A stretch of DNA of 63,817 nucleotides, filler included, from Octopus bimaculoides (lineage: Eukaryota): the NCBI RefSeq assembly GCF_001194135.2. It is 10 parts of 9 records of this genome, joined end to end, with 100 filler letters (N's around TTAATTAATTAA, not from the genome) between each part and the next. Parts side by side here need not be neighbours in the genome. Positions count along the whole stretch, not along the records: positions 26,567 to 31,461 come from NW_026394471.1; positions 31,562 to 36,982 come from NC_068982.1; positions 37,083 to 47,244 come from NC_068982.1; 7 more parts are not named here. One strand, written 5' to 3'. Under the pieces are notes generated by a model that saw only the letters and a program-made list of their open reading frames with translations, was not told the DNA's origin and made no database searches. Of the stretch, positions 26,660 to 38,204 are shown in pieces. Each line of letters begins with the position of its first letter. The stretch's first letter is position 1. A program made the position numbers and the translations under genes.

Positions 26660-29600
26660 CATATATATACACACATGAGCGTTTAACGAACAGGGGACAC
26701 AAACACCAACCCCACCCCACATAATTCCCTAATAAAACGCCAAATCAGCCACTCCGCGGCCCCAGGAGGGGAAGAAAACAACGTATATATACATATATAC
26801 ATACACACATATATATATATACACACAAGAGCGTTAAAGGAACAGGGGCCACAAAAGCATATATAACCCCTAATCAAACGCTTATAAAACCGTAAATCAG
26901 AAACTCCGCGGCCCCAGGAGGGGAGGAAAATAAAAATATATACATATATATACATATATACACACATATATATACACACAAGAACGTTTAACGAATAAGC
27001 AACACACAAACTAACCCCTAGCCCCTTAAAAACCCCAAATCAGACACTCCGCGGCCCTAGGAGGGTGGCAAAATAAACATTTATACATATATACACACAT
27101 ATATATACATACATACACACATATATATATACACACAAGAACATTTAAAGAACAGGGAACACAAAAATCCAACCCCGAACTCACTTAAAAACCCCAAATC
27201 AGCCACTTCACCGCCCCAGGAGGGCAGCAAAATACAGATATCTATACAGAAGCATATATACACATATATATATATACACACAAGAGCGTTCAACGAACAG
27301 GGAACACAAACTCCAACCACAAGCCCTTTAAAAACACCAAATCAGACACTCCGCGGCCCCAGGAGAGGAACAAATTAAGATATCTATATATATCTATATA
27401 TATAAATATACATATATACATATACATACATATATATATACGTATATANNNNNNNNNNNNNNNNNNNNNNNNNNNNNNNNNNNNNNNNNNNNNNNNNNNN
27501 NNNNNNNNNNNNNNNNNNNNNNNNNNNNNNNNNNNNNNNNNNNNNNNNNNNNNNNNNNNNNNNNNNNNNNNNNNNNNNNNNNNNNNNNNNNNNNNNNNNN
27601 NNNNNNNNNNNNNNNNNNNNNNNNNNNNNNNNNNNNNNNNNNNNNNNNNNNNNNNNNNNNNNNNNNNNNNNNNNNNNNNNNNNNNNNNNNNNNNNNNNNN
27701 NNNNNNNNNNNNNNNNNNNNNNNNNNNNNNNNNNNNNNNNNNNNNNNNNNNNNNNNNNNNNNNNNNNNNNNNNNNNNNNNNNNNNNNNNNNNNNNNNNNN
27801 NNNNNNNNNNNNNNNNNNNNNNNNNNNNNNNNNNNNNNNNNNNNNNNNNNNNNNNNNNNNNNNNNNNNNNNNNNNNNNNNNNNNNNNNNNNNNNNNNNNN
27901 NNNNNNNNNNNNNNNNNNNNNNNNNNNNNNNNNNNNNNNNNNNNNNNNNNNNNNNNNNNNNNNNNNNNNNNNNNNNNNNNNNNNNNNNNNNNNNNNNNNN
28001 NNNNNNNNNNNNNNNNNNNNNNNNNNNNNNNNNNNNNNNNNNNNNNNNNNNNNNNNNNNNNNNNNNNNNNNNNNNNNNNNNNNNNNNNNNNNNNNNNNNN
28101 NNNNNNNNNNNNNNNNNNNNNNNNNNNNNNNNNNNNNNNNNNNNNNNNNNNNNNNNNNNNNNNNNNNNNNNNNNNNNNNNNNNNNNNNNNNNNNNNNNNN
28201 NNNNNNNNNNNNNNNNNNNNNNNNNNNNNNNNNNNNNNNNNNNNNNNNNNNNNNNNNNNNNNNNNNNNNNNNNNNNNNNNNNNNNNNNNNNNNNNNNNNN
28301 NNNNNNNNNNNNNNNNNNNNNNNNNNNNNNNNNNNNNNNNNNNNNNNNNNNNNNNNNNNNNNNNNNNNNNNNNNNNNNNNNTATATATATACACATATAC
28401 AGACATATATACACATATATATATACACACAAGAACGTTTAACGAATAAGCAACACACAAACTAGCCCCAAGCCCCTTAAAAAACGCTTATAAACCCCAA
28501 ATCAGCCACTCCACCGCCCCAGAAGGGCAGCAAAATACAGATATCTATACAGAAGCATATATACACACAAGAGCGTTCAACGAACAGGGGACACAAAATC
28601 CAACCCCAAGCCCCTTAAAAACACTTATAAACCCCAAATCAGACACTCAGCGGCCCCAGGAGGGGAAGAAATTAAGATATCTATATATATATATATATAT
28701 ACACACATATATATATGCTCACGGTGGTGCACCAGCATGACCGCAGCCACTTGGCTGAAACACATAAATAAAAATATACACACACAAGAGCTTTTAACGA
28801 ACAGGGGAGACAAACTAACACCAAGTCCTTTAAAAATGCTTCAAAACACCAAATCACACACCACGCGGCCCCAGGAGGGGAACAAAATAAACATATAGAC
28901 ATATATATACACATATATATACGTATATACAAATATACACACAAGAGCGTTCAACGAACAGGGGACACAAAAATCCAACCCCAAGCCCCTTAAAAACACT
29001 TATAAACCGGAAATCAGCCACACCACAGCCCCAGGAGGGGAACAAATCAAAGCTATCTACACACAAGCATATATACACCTATATATACACGTATATATAC
29101 ACCTATATATACACACAAGACCGTTTAAAGAATAGAGGACATACAAACTAACCCCACCCCACATAATTCCATAAAAAAACACCAAATCACACACCCCGCG
29201 GCCCAGGAGGGGAACAAAACAACGATATATACATATGTATATACATAGATACATATATACATACATATATACATACATATATACACACATATATATATAC
29301 ACAACAGCATTTAAAGAACAGGGAACACAAAAATCTAACCCCAAGCCCCTTAAAAACGCTTAGACAATCCCAAATCAGCCACTCTTCAGCCCCAGGAGGG
29401 GAACAAAATTACAAATACCCACACACACGCAATATATACACATAAATACACATTTATATATATACAAGAGCGTTTAAAGAACAGGGAACACAAAAATTGA
29501 ACCCAAGCCCCTTAAAAACACTTAAAACTCCGCAAATCAGACATTCTGCGGCCCCAGGAGGAGAACAAAATAAAAATATCTATATAAATGTATATATATA

Positions 29601-29760
29601 TACATATATACACACATATATATACACAAGAGCGTTTAACGAACAGGGAACACAAAAATCCAACCCCAAGCTCCTTAAAAACACTTATAAACCCCCAAAT
29701 CAGCCACTCCACGGCCCCAGGAGGGCAGCAAATTAAAGACATCTATATCACAAGCATATA
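26660..29760. repeat. Tandem array of ~140-190-bp units (GC-rich core plus variable TA/CA microsatellite) in MRCK intron 1
   Basis: I count 13 visible copies of the core (G)GCCCCAGGAGGG with CAAGAGCGTTTAACGAACAGGG and CCCCAAATCAG; more are probably in the gap 27450-28381. Confidence 0.95.
28718..28775 (+). mobile_element. SINE family A tail fragment inserted in the tandem array
   Basis: GGTGGTGCACCAGCATGACCGCAG..CTGAAACAC matches the family A tail. Confidence 0.7.
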
Positions 29761-29779
29761 TACACATATATAAACTCAC

Positions 29780-29951
29780 CGAATTCGATGAAATTCGAAA
29801 TATTCCTCTCTCGCCTCATGGTGGACGCGCAGCACTCGTCATAAAGCACGGCCAACACGTCGAGGAGCGTCTCGAGGCTGAACGCCTCCGGGTGGCCACC
29901 ACCACTGAGATAGATTGTCTCCAACTCCTTCAGCCGTTTGGCGACCGACAT
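29780..29951 (-). CDS. CDC42BPA: First coding exon of myotonic dystrophy kinase-related CDC42-binding kinase (MRCK/CDC42BP, Drosophila gek family)
   Basis: MSVAKRLKELETIYLSGGGHPEAFSLETLLDVLAVLYDECCASTMRRERNISNFIEF matches the MRCK N-terminus (RL..LE...L.G....FS.ETLLD.L..LYDEC..S..RRE.NI). The context is AAGATG, GC content is high, and the exon ends at a G|GTGAGT phase-1 donor. The vertebrate alpha/beta paralog cannot be distinguished, so the symbol is nominal. Confidence 0.93.
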
Positions 29952-30150
29952 CTTGGGATATGGCCCCGGTAAAAGTCCGTTTAGGGTGTAAGGGGTTAGT
30001 TAAGGCCTAAGTTGGTAGATATTAGGGGTTTCCTGTCATCCGGGGCCCAGAAAAAAGGGGTTTTCTGGGGGCAGTTAGTGAAATGGAGCGCCGTATTCAG
30101 CCATTGTAGAACGGTGATGCAGTAAAGACGAAGGAAGGGGGAAGCAGCGC
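29952..30150 (-). promoter_or_regulatory. Putative MRCK 5' UTR / core promoter (CpG-rich)
   Basis: GC/CpG-rich segment upstream of the ATG with a YY1-like ACAATGGC, two short uORFs and a 9-bp hairpin. The TSS is unknown. Confidence 0.55.
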
Positions 30151-31120
30151 AGCCATGACGTCATTTGGCGGTAGTGCCGGTGTTAGTAGGAAGATCTGAC
30201 CCGCTTTAAGATTTGGTCTGTGTGTCGAATTTCTTTTTATGTTACAGGCAGGAAGCGGTGACGTCTTGAGAAGGTGGGAGTTGCCGGTGTTAGGTAGGAA
30301 TATGACCCGCGTTTAGTTTCGGTACAGGGACTATGACCTTGTTAGACGGTGTTAGGTAGAAATATGACCCGTGTTTAGTTTTGGTTCGTGTGTCGAATTT
30401 TTCTCCCTGCGGTGACGTTATTAGACGGTGTTAGGTGCAAATATGACCTGTGTTTAGTTTTGGTACAGGAACGGTGACGTCTATAGAAGGGGGACTTGCC
30501 GGTGTTATGGAGAAATATGACCCGCGTTTAGTTTTCGTCCGTGTGTCGAATTTTTCTCCCTGCGGTGACGTCATTAGACGGTGTTAGGTGGAAATATGAC
30601 CCGCGTTTAGTTTTGGTACGGGAACGGTGGCGTCCTTAGACGGCAGTGCCGGTGTTAGGAAGAAATATGACCCGGTTTAAGATTTGGCCGTGCGTCGAAT
30701 ATTTTCTCCCTGCGCGCGCGGGCGGAGATGTCATTAGACGGTGTTAGGTAGAAATATGGCCCACGCTTAGTTTTGGTACATAAACGTTGACTTCATTAGA
30801 CGGCAGTGCCGGTATTAGGTAGAAATATGACCTGTTTTGTGATTTGGTCCGTGTATCGAATTTTTTCCCTGCTGCGCGCGCGCAAGTTACGGGTAGTGGT
30901 GACATCATTAGAAGGGGAAGTGGCTGGTGTTAGGTAGAAATACGACCCGCCGTTTAGTTTTGGGTCTGCCTTTCCGCGAGCGCACGCACGCAGTTGCTAG
31001 ACTGTGTAAGGTCAAACTGTACCTCCTCGTTGTTTCGGTCGGTGTTTTCGCGCGTGGGGACGTTATTAGACGATAAAGGACGGTGAAAGGGTGAAAATGT
31101 AACCCCATCGTTGTTTTAGT
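30150..31120. repeat. CpG-rich tandem array (~11 units, mostly 60-115 bp, two alternating types) upstream of MRCK, carrying CRE-like sites
   Basis: Repeated CGGTGTTAGGTAGAAATATGACCCGCGTTTAGTTTTGG; full TGACGTCA at 30156 and 30566, with variant sites in other units. Confidence 0.9.
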
Positions 31121-31216
31121 CCGTCTAACCTGCACACAAACACACACACACAAACAGGAACACACGAGGGGAGGGGGGGCAAGCTATTTACCACACACCC
31201 ACTCCTGCAACTATAC

Positions 31217-31257
<41 letters not shown>

Positions 31258-31461
31258 GGAGGGGCTTCTTTCAGTTTCCGTCTACCAAATCCACTCACAA
31301 GGCTTTGGTTGGCCCGATGCTATAGTAGAAGACACTTGCCCAAGGTGACATGCAGTGGGACTGAACCCGGAACCATGTGGTTGGCAAAACAGCCACTCCT
31401 ACACCTGTATATATATATATATGTATACACATGCGACAGGCTTCTTTCAGTTTCCGTCTAC
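31258..31461 (-). mobile_element. SINE family A 5' half, plus the start of a second copy cut by the spacer
   Basis: The reverse complement has GGTTCCGGGTTCAGTCCC and CCTTGGGCAAGTGTCTT; the body repeats at 31433-31461. Confidence 0.85.
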
Positions 31462-31569
31462 NNNNNNNNNNNNNNNNNNNNNNNNNNNNNNNNNNNNNNN
31501 NNNNNTTAATTAATTAANNNNNNNNNNNNNNNNNNNNNNNNNNNNNNNNNNNNNNNNNNNNATATATAC

Positions 31570-31616
<47 letters not shown>

Positions 31617-31632
31617 CATACATACATGCATG

Positions 31633-31664
<32 letters not shown>

Positions 31665-32825
31665 CATACATACATAAAGTTTGTATATGCATATTTGTAT
31701 GTTTATGCTTTGCGCATGTGTGCATATTTTGGAGTTTGGTGTACTTACATAAGTGTATACGTGCATGAGAACGTATGTGCATTAATGTATGTTCGCGTAC
31801 CTGTAATGGTGTAGGAGAATAATTATTGCCAAATAAACCATCATATTGAGAGTCATTAATATCAGTGAATTAATTAACTAATTAATTAGTGGAACGCCAT
31901 TGTTTTTTGTGACACTTACAGTTGCGAGGTCAAAGGCGAGTAGGCAGAGGTCAGCTAAAGGAATAACAACGTTGTATGTATAGTGAAGACAGCCGTGATA
32001 CTCACACAATAACACACACTTACGTTCACACTCAAACACACACACACACTTACGCACACACGCACACACACACACACACACACACAGAAGCACTACCACG
32101 CTAACAATACACTCTCACTCGCACAGCCACATAGACAGGACATAGAAAAGATCACAGTCGGCTGCGAACACGATAACAAAAACTTTGAAATCATTGCTGA
32201 AATGCCAACCACAAGATGTTATTATTTAGATGTGAATATCCTTCTCTGTCTTCACCATTTCTAAGTAGTTTTGCCATCACAGATATTATTGTTGGTGGTG
32301 GCGTTCTTGTAGCTGTTGGTGTTGTTGTTGTTGTTAAGATGTGAACATCTTTCTCTGTCTTTACCATTTATAAGTGGTTGCCATCACAGCTTCTCATATC
32401 TCTCAATACAATTGAACTTCTTGCCAAAATGTCAATAATTCTTTACTCTTTTACAACTTTTTCAATCTTCTGAACCCCTTTCATCATCTCCAGGACNNNN
32501 NNNNNNNNNNNNNNNNNNNNNNNNNNNNNNNNNNNNNNNNNNNNAGATCTACACTCTTTCCTCCACCCTCCTATTACTCCTGTTCCTACTCCTACTCCTA
32601 CTCCTACTGCTACTCATATTTTCTTGTCCTCCCACCTCCAACGCTTCTCTTCCCCCACCTTCCTCCCTCGTGCTTCTTTTTTCGTCTCCCTCCTTCTGCC
32701 CTCCTTCTCTTTCGTTAAAAATCATCATCATCATTGCCGTCGTCATCATCGTCATCATCATCATTGTTATTACCAGCTATTGTTGTAAATGATGACAGAG
32801 CTGTTATTGATGTTGTTGTTGTTGT

Positions 32826-32829
<4 letters not shown>

Positions 32830-32859
<30 letters not shown>

Positions 32860-33000
32860 ATTGATGTTTTATTATGTTGTTGCTATTGTTTTTTGTAGAT
32901 ATTATTTGTATTTGTTGTGATTACTAATTTCATACCATTATTGTTGCTTATATTGTTATTATTATTGTTATCAACATCAGCATCATCGTCGTCGTCGTCG

Positions 33001-33066
<66 letters not shown>

Positions 33067-33085
33067 CCACCACCATTTTTTGTCA

Positions 33086-33148
<63 letters not shown>

Positions 33149-33150
33149 TG
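32830..33150. repeat. Compound trinucleotide microsatellites (GAT)n, (CAT)n, (TTA)n
   Basis: Direct reading; source of the poly-D, poly-S and poly-L pseudo-ORFs. Confidence 0.95.
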
Positions 33151-34849
33151 ACAACGTTGTAATAATTAACTAAAACACTTGTTGTTGCTGCTGATGTTAA
33201 TATTGACTTTCGTTTTTTTTTTCCTTTCTGTTATTGTTGTTGTTATTGTTATAAATATTACTGTTGCTGTTACGATTGTTATTATTGTTGTTGTAATTGT
33301 CGATGTTACTTTTATGTGGTGTTTGTTATTGTTCTGAACATCATTGTCGCTGTTATTGTTGTTTTTACCTTTTAACATTATTACACCTCTCCCTCTCTTC
33401 TTCTCTCCCTCTCTTCTTCTCTCCCTCTCTTCTTCTCTCCCTCTCTTCTTCTCTCCCTCTCTTCNNNNNNNNNNNNNNNNNNNNNNNNNNNNNNNNNNNN
33501 NNNNNNNNNNNNNNNNNNNNNNNNNNNNNNNNNNNNNNNNNNNNNNNNNNNNNNNNNNNNNNNNNNNNNNNNNNNNNNNNNNNNNNNNNNNNNNNNNNNN
33601 NNNNNNNNNNNNNNNNNNNNNNNNNNNNNNNNNNNNNNNNNNNNNNNNNNNNNNNNNNNNNNNNNNNNNNNNNNNNNNNNNNNNNNNNNNNNNNNNNNNN
33701 NNNNNNNNNNNNNNNNNNNNNNNNNNNNNNNNNNNNNNNNNNNNNNNNNNNNNNNNNNNNNNNNNNNNNNNNNNNNNNNNNNNNNNNNNNNNNNNNNNNN
33801 NNNNNNNNNNNNNNNNNNNNNNNNNNNNNNNNNNNNNNNNNNNNNNNNNNNNNNNNNNNNNNNNNNNNNNNNNNNNNNNNNNNNNNNNNNNNNNNNNNNN
33901 NNTGGTGGTGATGGTGGTGGTGGTGGTGGTGGTGGTGATGGTGGTGATGGTGGTGGCTGTGTTTTTTTCTATTTTATTCGTTCATATTGCTTTTGTGTCT
34001 GTTTGTTGTTGCTTTAAGACAATACTCGGTAAAATTTCCTCACACCTTGTGTTCTCAGACAAAGCGGGTTTGTGACATGTAGGTAGTCGGTGAAACATGT
34101 GGTCGGCAGAACCACTACTCCATCATGTGATCTGCATGTACATTACCCCTCTTACACCGTGTGGTCCACATGGTCATAACTCAAAATGTATTACCTGATC
34201 TACATATTCTTCATCTTTTATGCATCATGTGAACCACATGTTTATTACCCGATATGGACCATGTGATCTGTAACCCTTATAGATCACTTAGACACCTCTT
34301 TATTACTTCCTATATACCGTATAATCCACAGGTGATATATGACCCCCGTTACGTGAAACACAGGTGTGTTATCCCATTTATATTGAGCGATCCACATTTC
34401 CGTTACCTCACTTATCCATTTAATCCCCAGGTATCGCACAAGTGTGATCCACCGACTCAACACCCCTTATATAAGATGTAATCTATGATAAAACAGGTAA
34501 TGGCTTACCGTCAGATTCGACAGCATGCATTCTTTTATTCGAGCAACTGAATTATCATCTCATTGCATTAGATTGCAAATGGCTGAGAACCCCACAGACA
34601 CTGGTGGGTACCATTAACGCAAGTCACAGGTAGAATCAGTGTGACACAATATGCAACAAGACTGTACCTTTAGATTACAGTTGCAATCCTTCCAATGGCC
34701 TTCCACACAGTTTTCACCGACCAGTTTTACTGAGAAGGCTAAGCACGACCCCAAGTTACAGCAAAAGGTGCTGGCCAAAGACTTCACGCCGTGTGACCGA
34801 ACTCACGACTTCGCAGTTACGAAGCAAGCTTCTTAACCATTCAGCCATG

Positions 34850-35280
34850 ATCCATCCTCAGTCAACAGGAACAGAAATTATAAGTACTATGTGAACTACA
34901 TTTTTGTTACTCCATGTATAATGTTTGATATATACCAGATACATAAACCTATAAACGACGTAACCGACGGGTTAATTAACCCACATATAACCTACATAAA
35001 GACCACACTTATCTCTCCATTAGATTTAACTCAACAATTTACTCCCGGATACATGACTATTTCACTGAAAATAAAGAATACTAACATCGATAAATAAAAA
35101 GTATTGCTACCGTAAACACAAGACAAAACTGGAGCGGAAAATATATTAGTAACGCAAGTCGACAGCCTGAAATTAATAAAGCTAATAATGATAAAAATAA
35201 CAATAAATGAGCCACAAACAAGAAGCAATGTGATTGAGCTCATTAAAGACACATTATTACACACCACTATTCATTTTGTA
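34850..35280 (+). mobile_element. Highly decayed Penelope-like reverse transcriptase fragment
   Basis: PGYMTISLKIKNTNID resembles the PLE SLD(V/I).SLYTNI motif, and NVIELIKDTLLHTTIHF resembles the following LIELL..CL..N.F.F segment. Confidence 0.4.
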
Positions 35281-35336
35281 TGTGTGTTTATGTGTATGTG
35301 TATGCGTGTGTGTCTATGTATGTATGTATGTATGTA

Positions 35337-35389
<53 letters not shown>

Positions 35390-35765
35390 ATAAACAAGGA
35401 AGAAGATGATAGTATTTGACAACGCCAACAAAAGGTATAATAATAACGGTCATTATTATCATAATTATACATATACACACAACAGACTAGACTGCTGGAA
35501 AAGGAAAAAATCCTAACATCGGGTACAACAAATATCCTTAGATGCCAAGAACCCTCCTAAGTATCCTACGTATCCTAGCTGTCGCTAATAACACAGTGCA
35601 TGCCAGCAAAGGGACACAGGGGTAGAATATACGAGTATGCCCATCATGACTGCTCATCTTTTATACCAAGACAAAACAATGGACATGATAACACTTTCAA
35701 TCAGTTAAGACCAGAAGCTACGAGAGCCACTGCCCGCTACTCATCATCATCATCATCATCATTAA

Positions 35766-35980
35766 GGCAGCGAGCTGGCAGAATCGTTAGCACGCTGCAC
35801 GAAATGCTTAGCGGTATTTCGCCCGTCGTTATACGTTTCGAGTTCAAATTATGCCGAGGTCGACTTTGCCTTTCATCCTTTCGGTGTCGATAAAATAAGT
35901 ATCGGTTGAAGAGTGGGGTCAATACAATCGACTCATCCCCACCTCCCCCAAATTTCAGGCCTTGTGCCTATAATAGAAGG
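35766..35980 (+). mobile_element. tRNA-derived SINE (family B), copy 1 of a head-to-tail pair
   Basis: A-box-like TGGCAGAATCG, B-box-like GAGTTCAAATT, body GGTCGACTTTGCCTTTCATCCTTTCGG. Confidence 0.9.
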
Positions 35981-36016
35981 GATTATTATTATTAGTAGTA
36001 TTTTTATTATTATTAA

Positions 36017-36230
36017 GGCGGTGAGCTGACAGAATGGTTAGCACGCCGGACGAAATATTTAACAGTATTTTGTCGGCCGCTACGTTCTGAGTTCAAATTC
36101 CGCCGAGGTCAACTTTTCCTTTCATCCTTTCGGGGTCGATAAAATAAGTACTAGTTAAACACTGGGGTCGATGTAATCGACTCATTCCCTCCATCAAAAT
36201 TGCTGCCCTTGTGGCAAAATTTGAAACTGT
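36017..36230 (+). mobile_element. tRNA-derived SINE (family B), copy 2
   Basis: Homologous to 35766-35980 along its full length; separated by (TTA)n. Confidence 0.9.
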
Positions 36231-36299
36231 TATTATTATTAGTAGTAAAGAATAAAAAAGTTTTGAATGGTACAACAATGCACTATAATACAAAAAATG

Positions 36300-36982
36300 T
36301 ACTATATACCTGTTGTAATTTAATTATCTATAGTCCGATGATATTTCGGAATATAATTCCTTCTTCAGATATTCTTAGATGGAGTCACTGCTATAATCTG
36401 CTTTCCAATGGCTTTTCTGTTTTTCGGAAGCGTCTCAGTAGTGGTCTCACAAAGCTCCTCCCGGAATTCCTCATGAGAAGTGCGTGAGGTCAGCTATGTC
36501 TCAATCTCGTGTGCGTTGGTACATCTGTAGCGCTGCTTCTAAGTTATGTGTTATACATGCAGCTTCCCTTTTTTTCCATCTTTTTTTTCCTTTTTTTTTT
36601 GTTATAAACAATATATGAGCATGTTATTAAGAACAAACCTACACGCATCCAGATGTAGCTAAATAATATATTGATAACCAACCTCCAGCCTGTTGTTAAT
36701 TTGAGGTCCTAGTCTGTGTATGAGTATAGCTTCTTTAATTCTAAGATTACCCAAATTTCTTTCATTGGCCTCAATTGTGACTGTTATGCTTTTGTCAGCG
36801 TTCTGCCATCTGTCTAGATGTTTTCTGAAGGAGGAGGCTCTCGTGTTTAGATGTTCTTTGATGCGGATGTGTAACAGTCTTGTGCTACTAACATAGAATT
36901 TGTTGCATTTTTTACATTGTATTCTATACACAACATTTACCCGTTGGCATAAATCTGTGTCACGAATGGGACAATTTGTTAA
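36300..36982 (-). mobile_element. Penelope-like element 3' end: GIY-YIG endonuclease plus pseudo-LTR
   Basis: CPIRDTDLCQRVNVVYRIQCKKCNKFYVSSTR..HIRIKEHL...EAILIHRLGPQINNR is a PLE GIY-YIG domain with the YIG glycine lost. A degenerate hammerhead core (CTCATGA-GGAA...TTCC-GAAA) lies at 36421-36477. Confidence 0.85.
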
Positions 36983-38155
36983 NNNNNNNNNNNNNNNNNN
37001 NNNNNNNNNNNNNNNNNNNNNNNNNNTTAATTAATTAANNNNNNNNNNNNNNNNNNNNNNNNNNNNNNNNNNNNNNNNNNNNTACATTGTATTTGTCCCA
37101 TCTTCGTTGAGCCCTGTGTGGCTAATAAAAGAAATGTATCTATACACACATATGATACATACACACAAACACACACAGATATATATATACACACATAAAA
37201 ACACGTGTGTGCGCTCGCCTTTACAAGATAGCTATAAAACTGAATTTTGCAACTCTTTTGTGACGGTCTCGTTGCAAACTGATTAGGCTCTGCATCATTT
37301 TACGAAACAACGTGCACCTATTATTGCTTTTCAATCTGACAATCATAAGCTAACAATTTTGATAGCTATCTTTCTAATACTCTTAACACAAATTAATAAT
37401 TAATTAACTTGAGATAAAATTTCAATTTATTGTTGCCATTAGTTGGCAAAAGAGTATTTAAAATCATGATCTGACTTAATTAGAAAGCATATCATAACTT
37501 CAAGTAGTGTCAGTTTTTTCTCATATTCTATGTTAATAGATACGTCATTGTGCAAATCTTGCGCACATTAATTTCAATAGATTATCTTAGAAATCTATTT
37601 ATTGGGCATTACTCAAATATTACATATTGTTTTCTTTTATAGAAGTTTATCAGTGTTAGTAGGTGTATGCATTGTATAGTAAATTGACAAGTCTATTTGG
37701 TGTTATTACTTTTTATTGACTTAGAGAAAGTAGCGTCAGTTTGACGATGGCAGTGAAATTCAAACTGAAATAGAAAAGCTTAGCACTGCTCTCAGCTGTT
37801 GTGCTCCATACACCTCTTCTAAACATGCATATATTGATTATCTCATCATTCATTCCCTTCTATACATGTTGATATCCGTAGAGTATATATCATAAACTGA
37901 TATATGTGGTAAAACAATTACAAATGTTATTAAAATGAAATAATGAAATAATATTCTGTTATTGGTTTCTCACATTGCGGTCGTACTGGGGACAACGCAT
38001 TCAATGGTTTTCTCGATTATATCTACACAGTATTTTGCTTGCTACTTTATAACAAAGTTGTAAGGCAAGAACCTTTGCGTAATGAGTCGTAACTTTTCCA
38101 AAATCAAATTCTGCAAAGTAACTTTTGCTCGTCGCACCGATTATTCATTTCCAGA

Positions 38156-38204
<49 letters not shown>

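Noticed and set aside
26660-29760. CRISPR-like repeat/spacer appearance
   Set aside because: The repeats are over 100 bp and degenerate, the spacers are microsatellites, there are no cas genes, and the context is a eukaryotic intron.
32549-33378. Poly-D, poly-S, poly-L and Arg/Ser-rich ORFs
   Set aside because: Pure trinucleotide microsatellites. The same applies to the YI/HT/CV-repeat ORFs and to all ORFs that run through N gaps.
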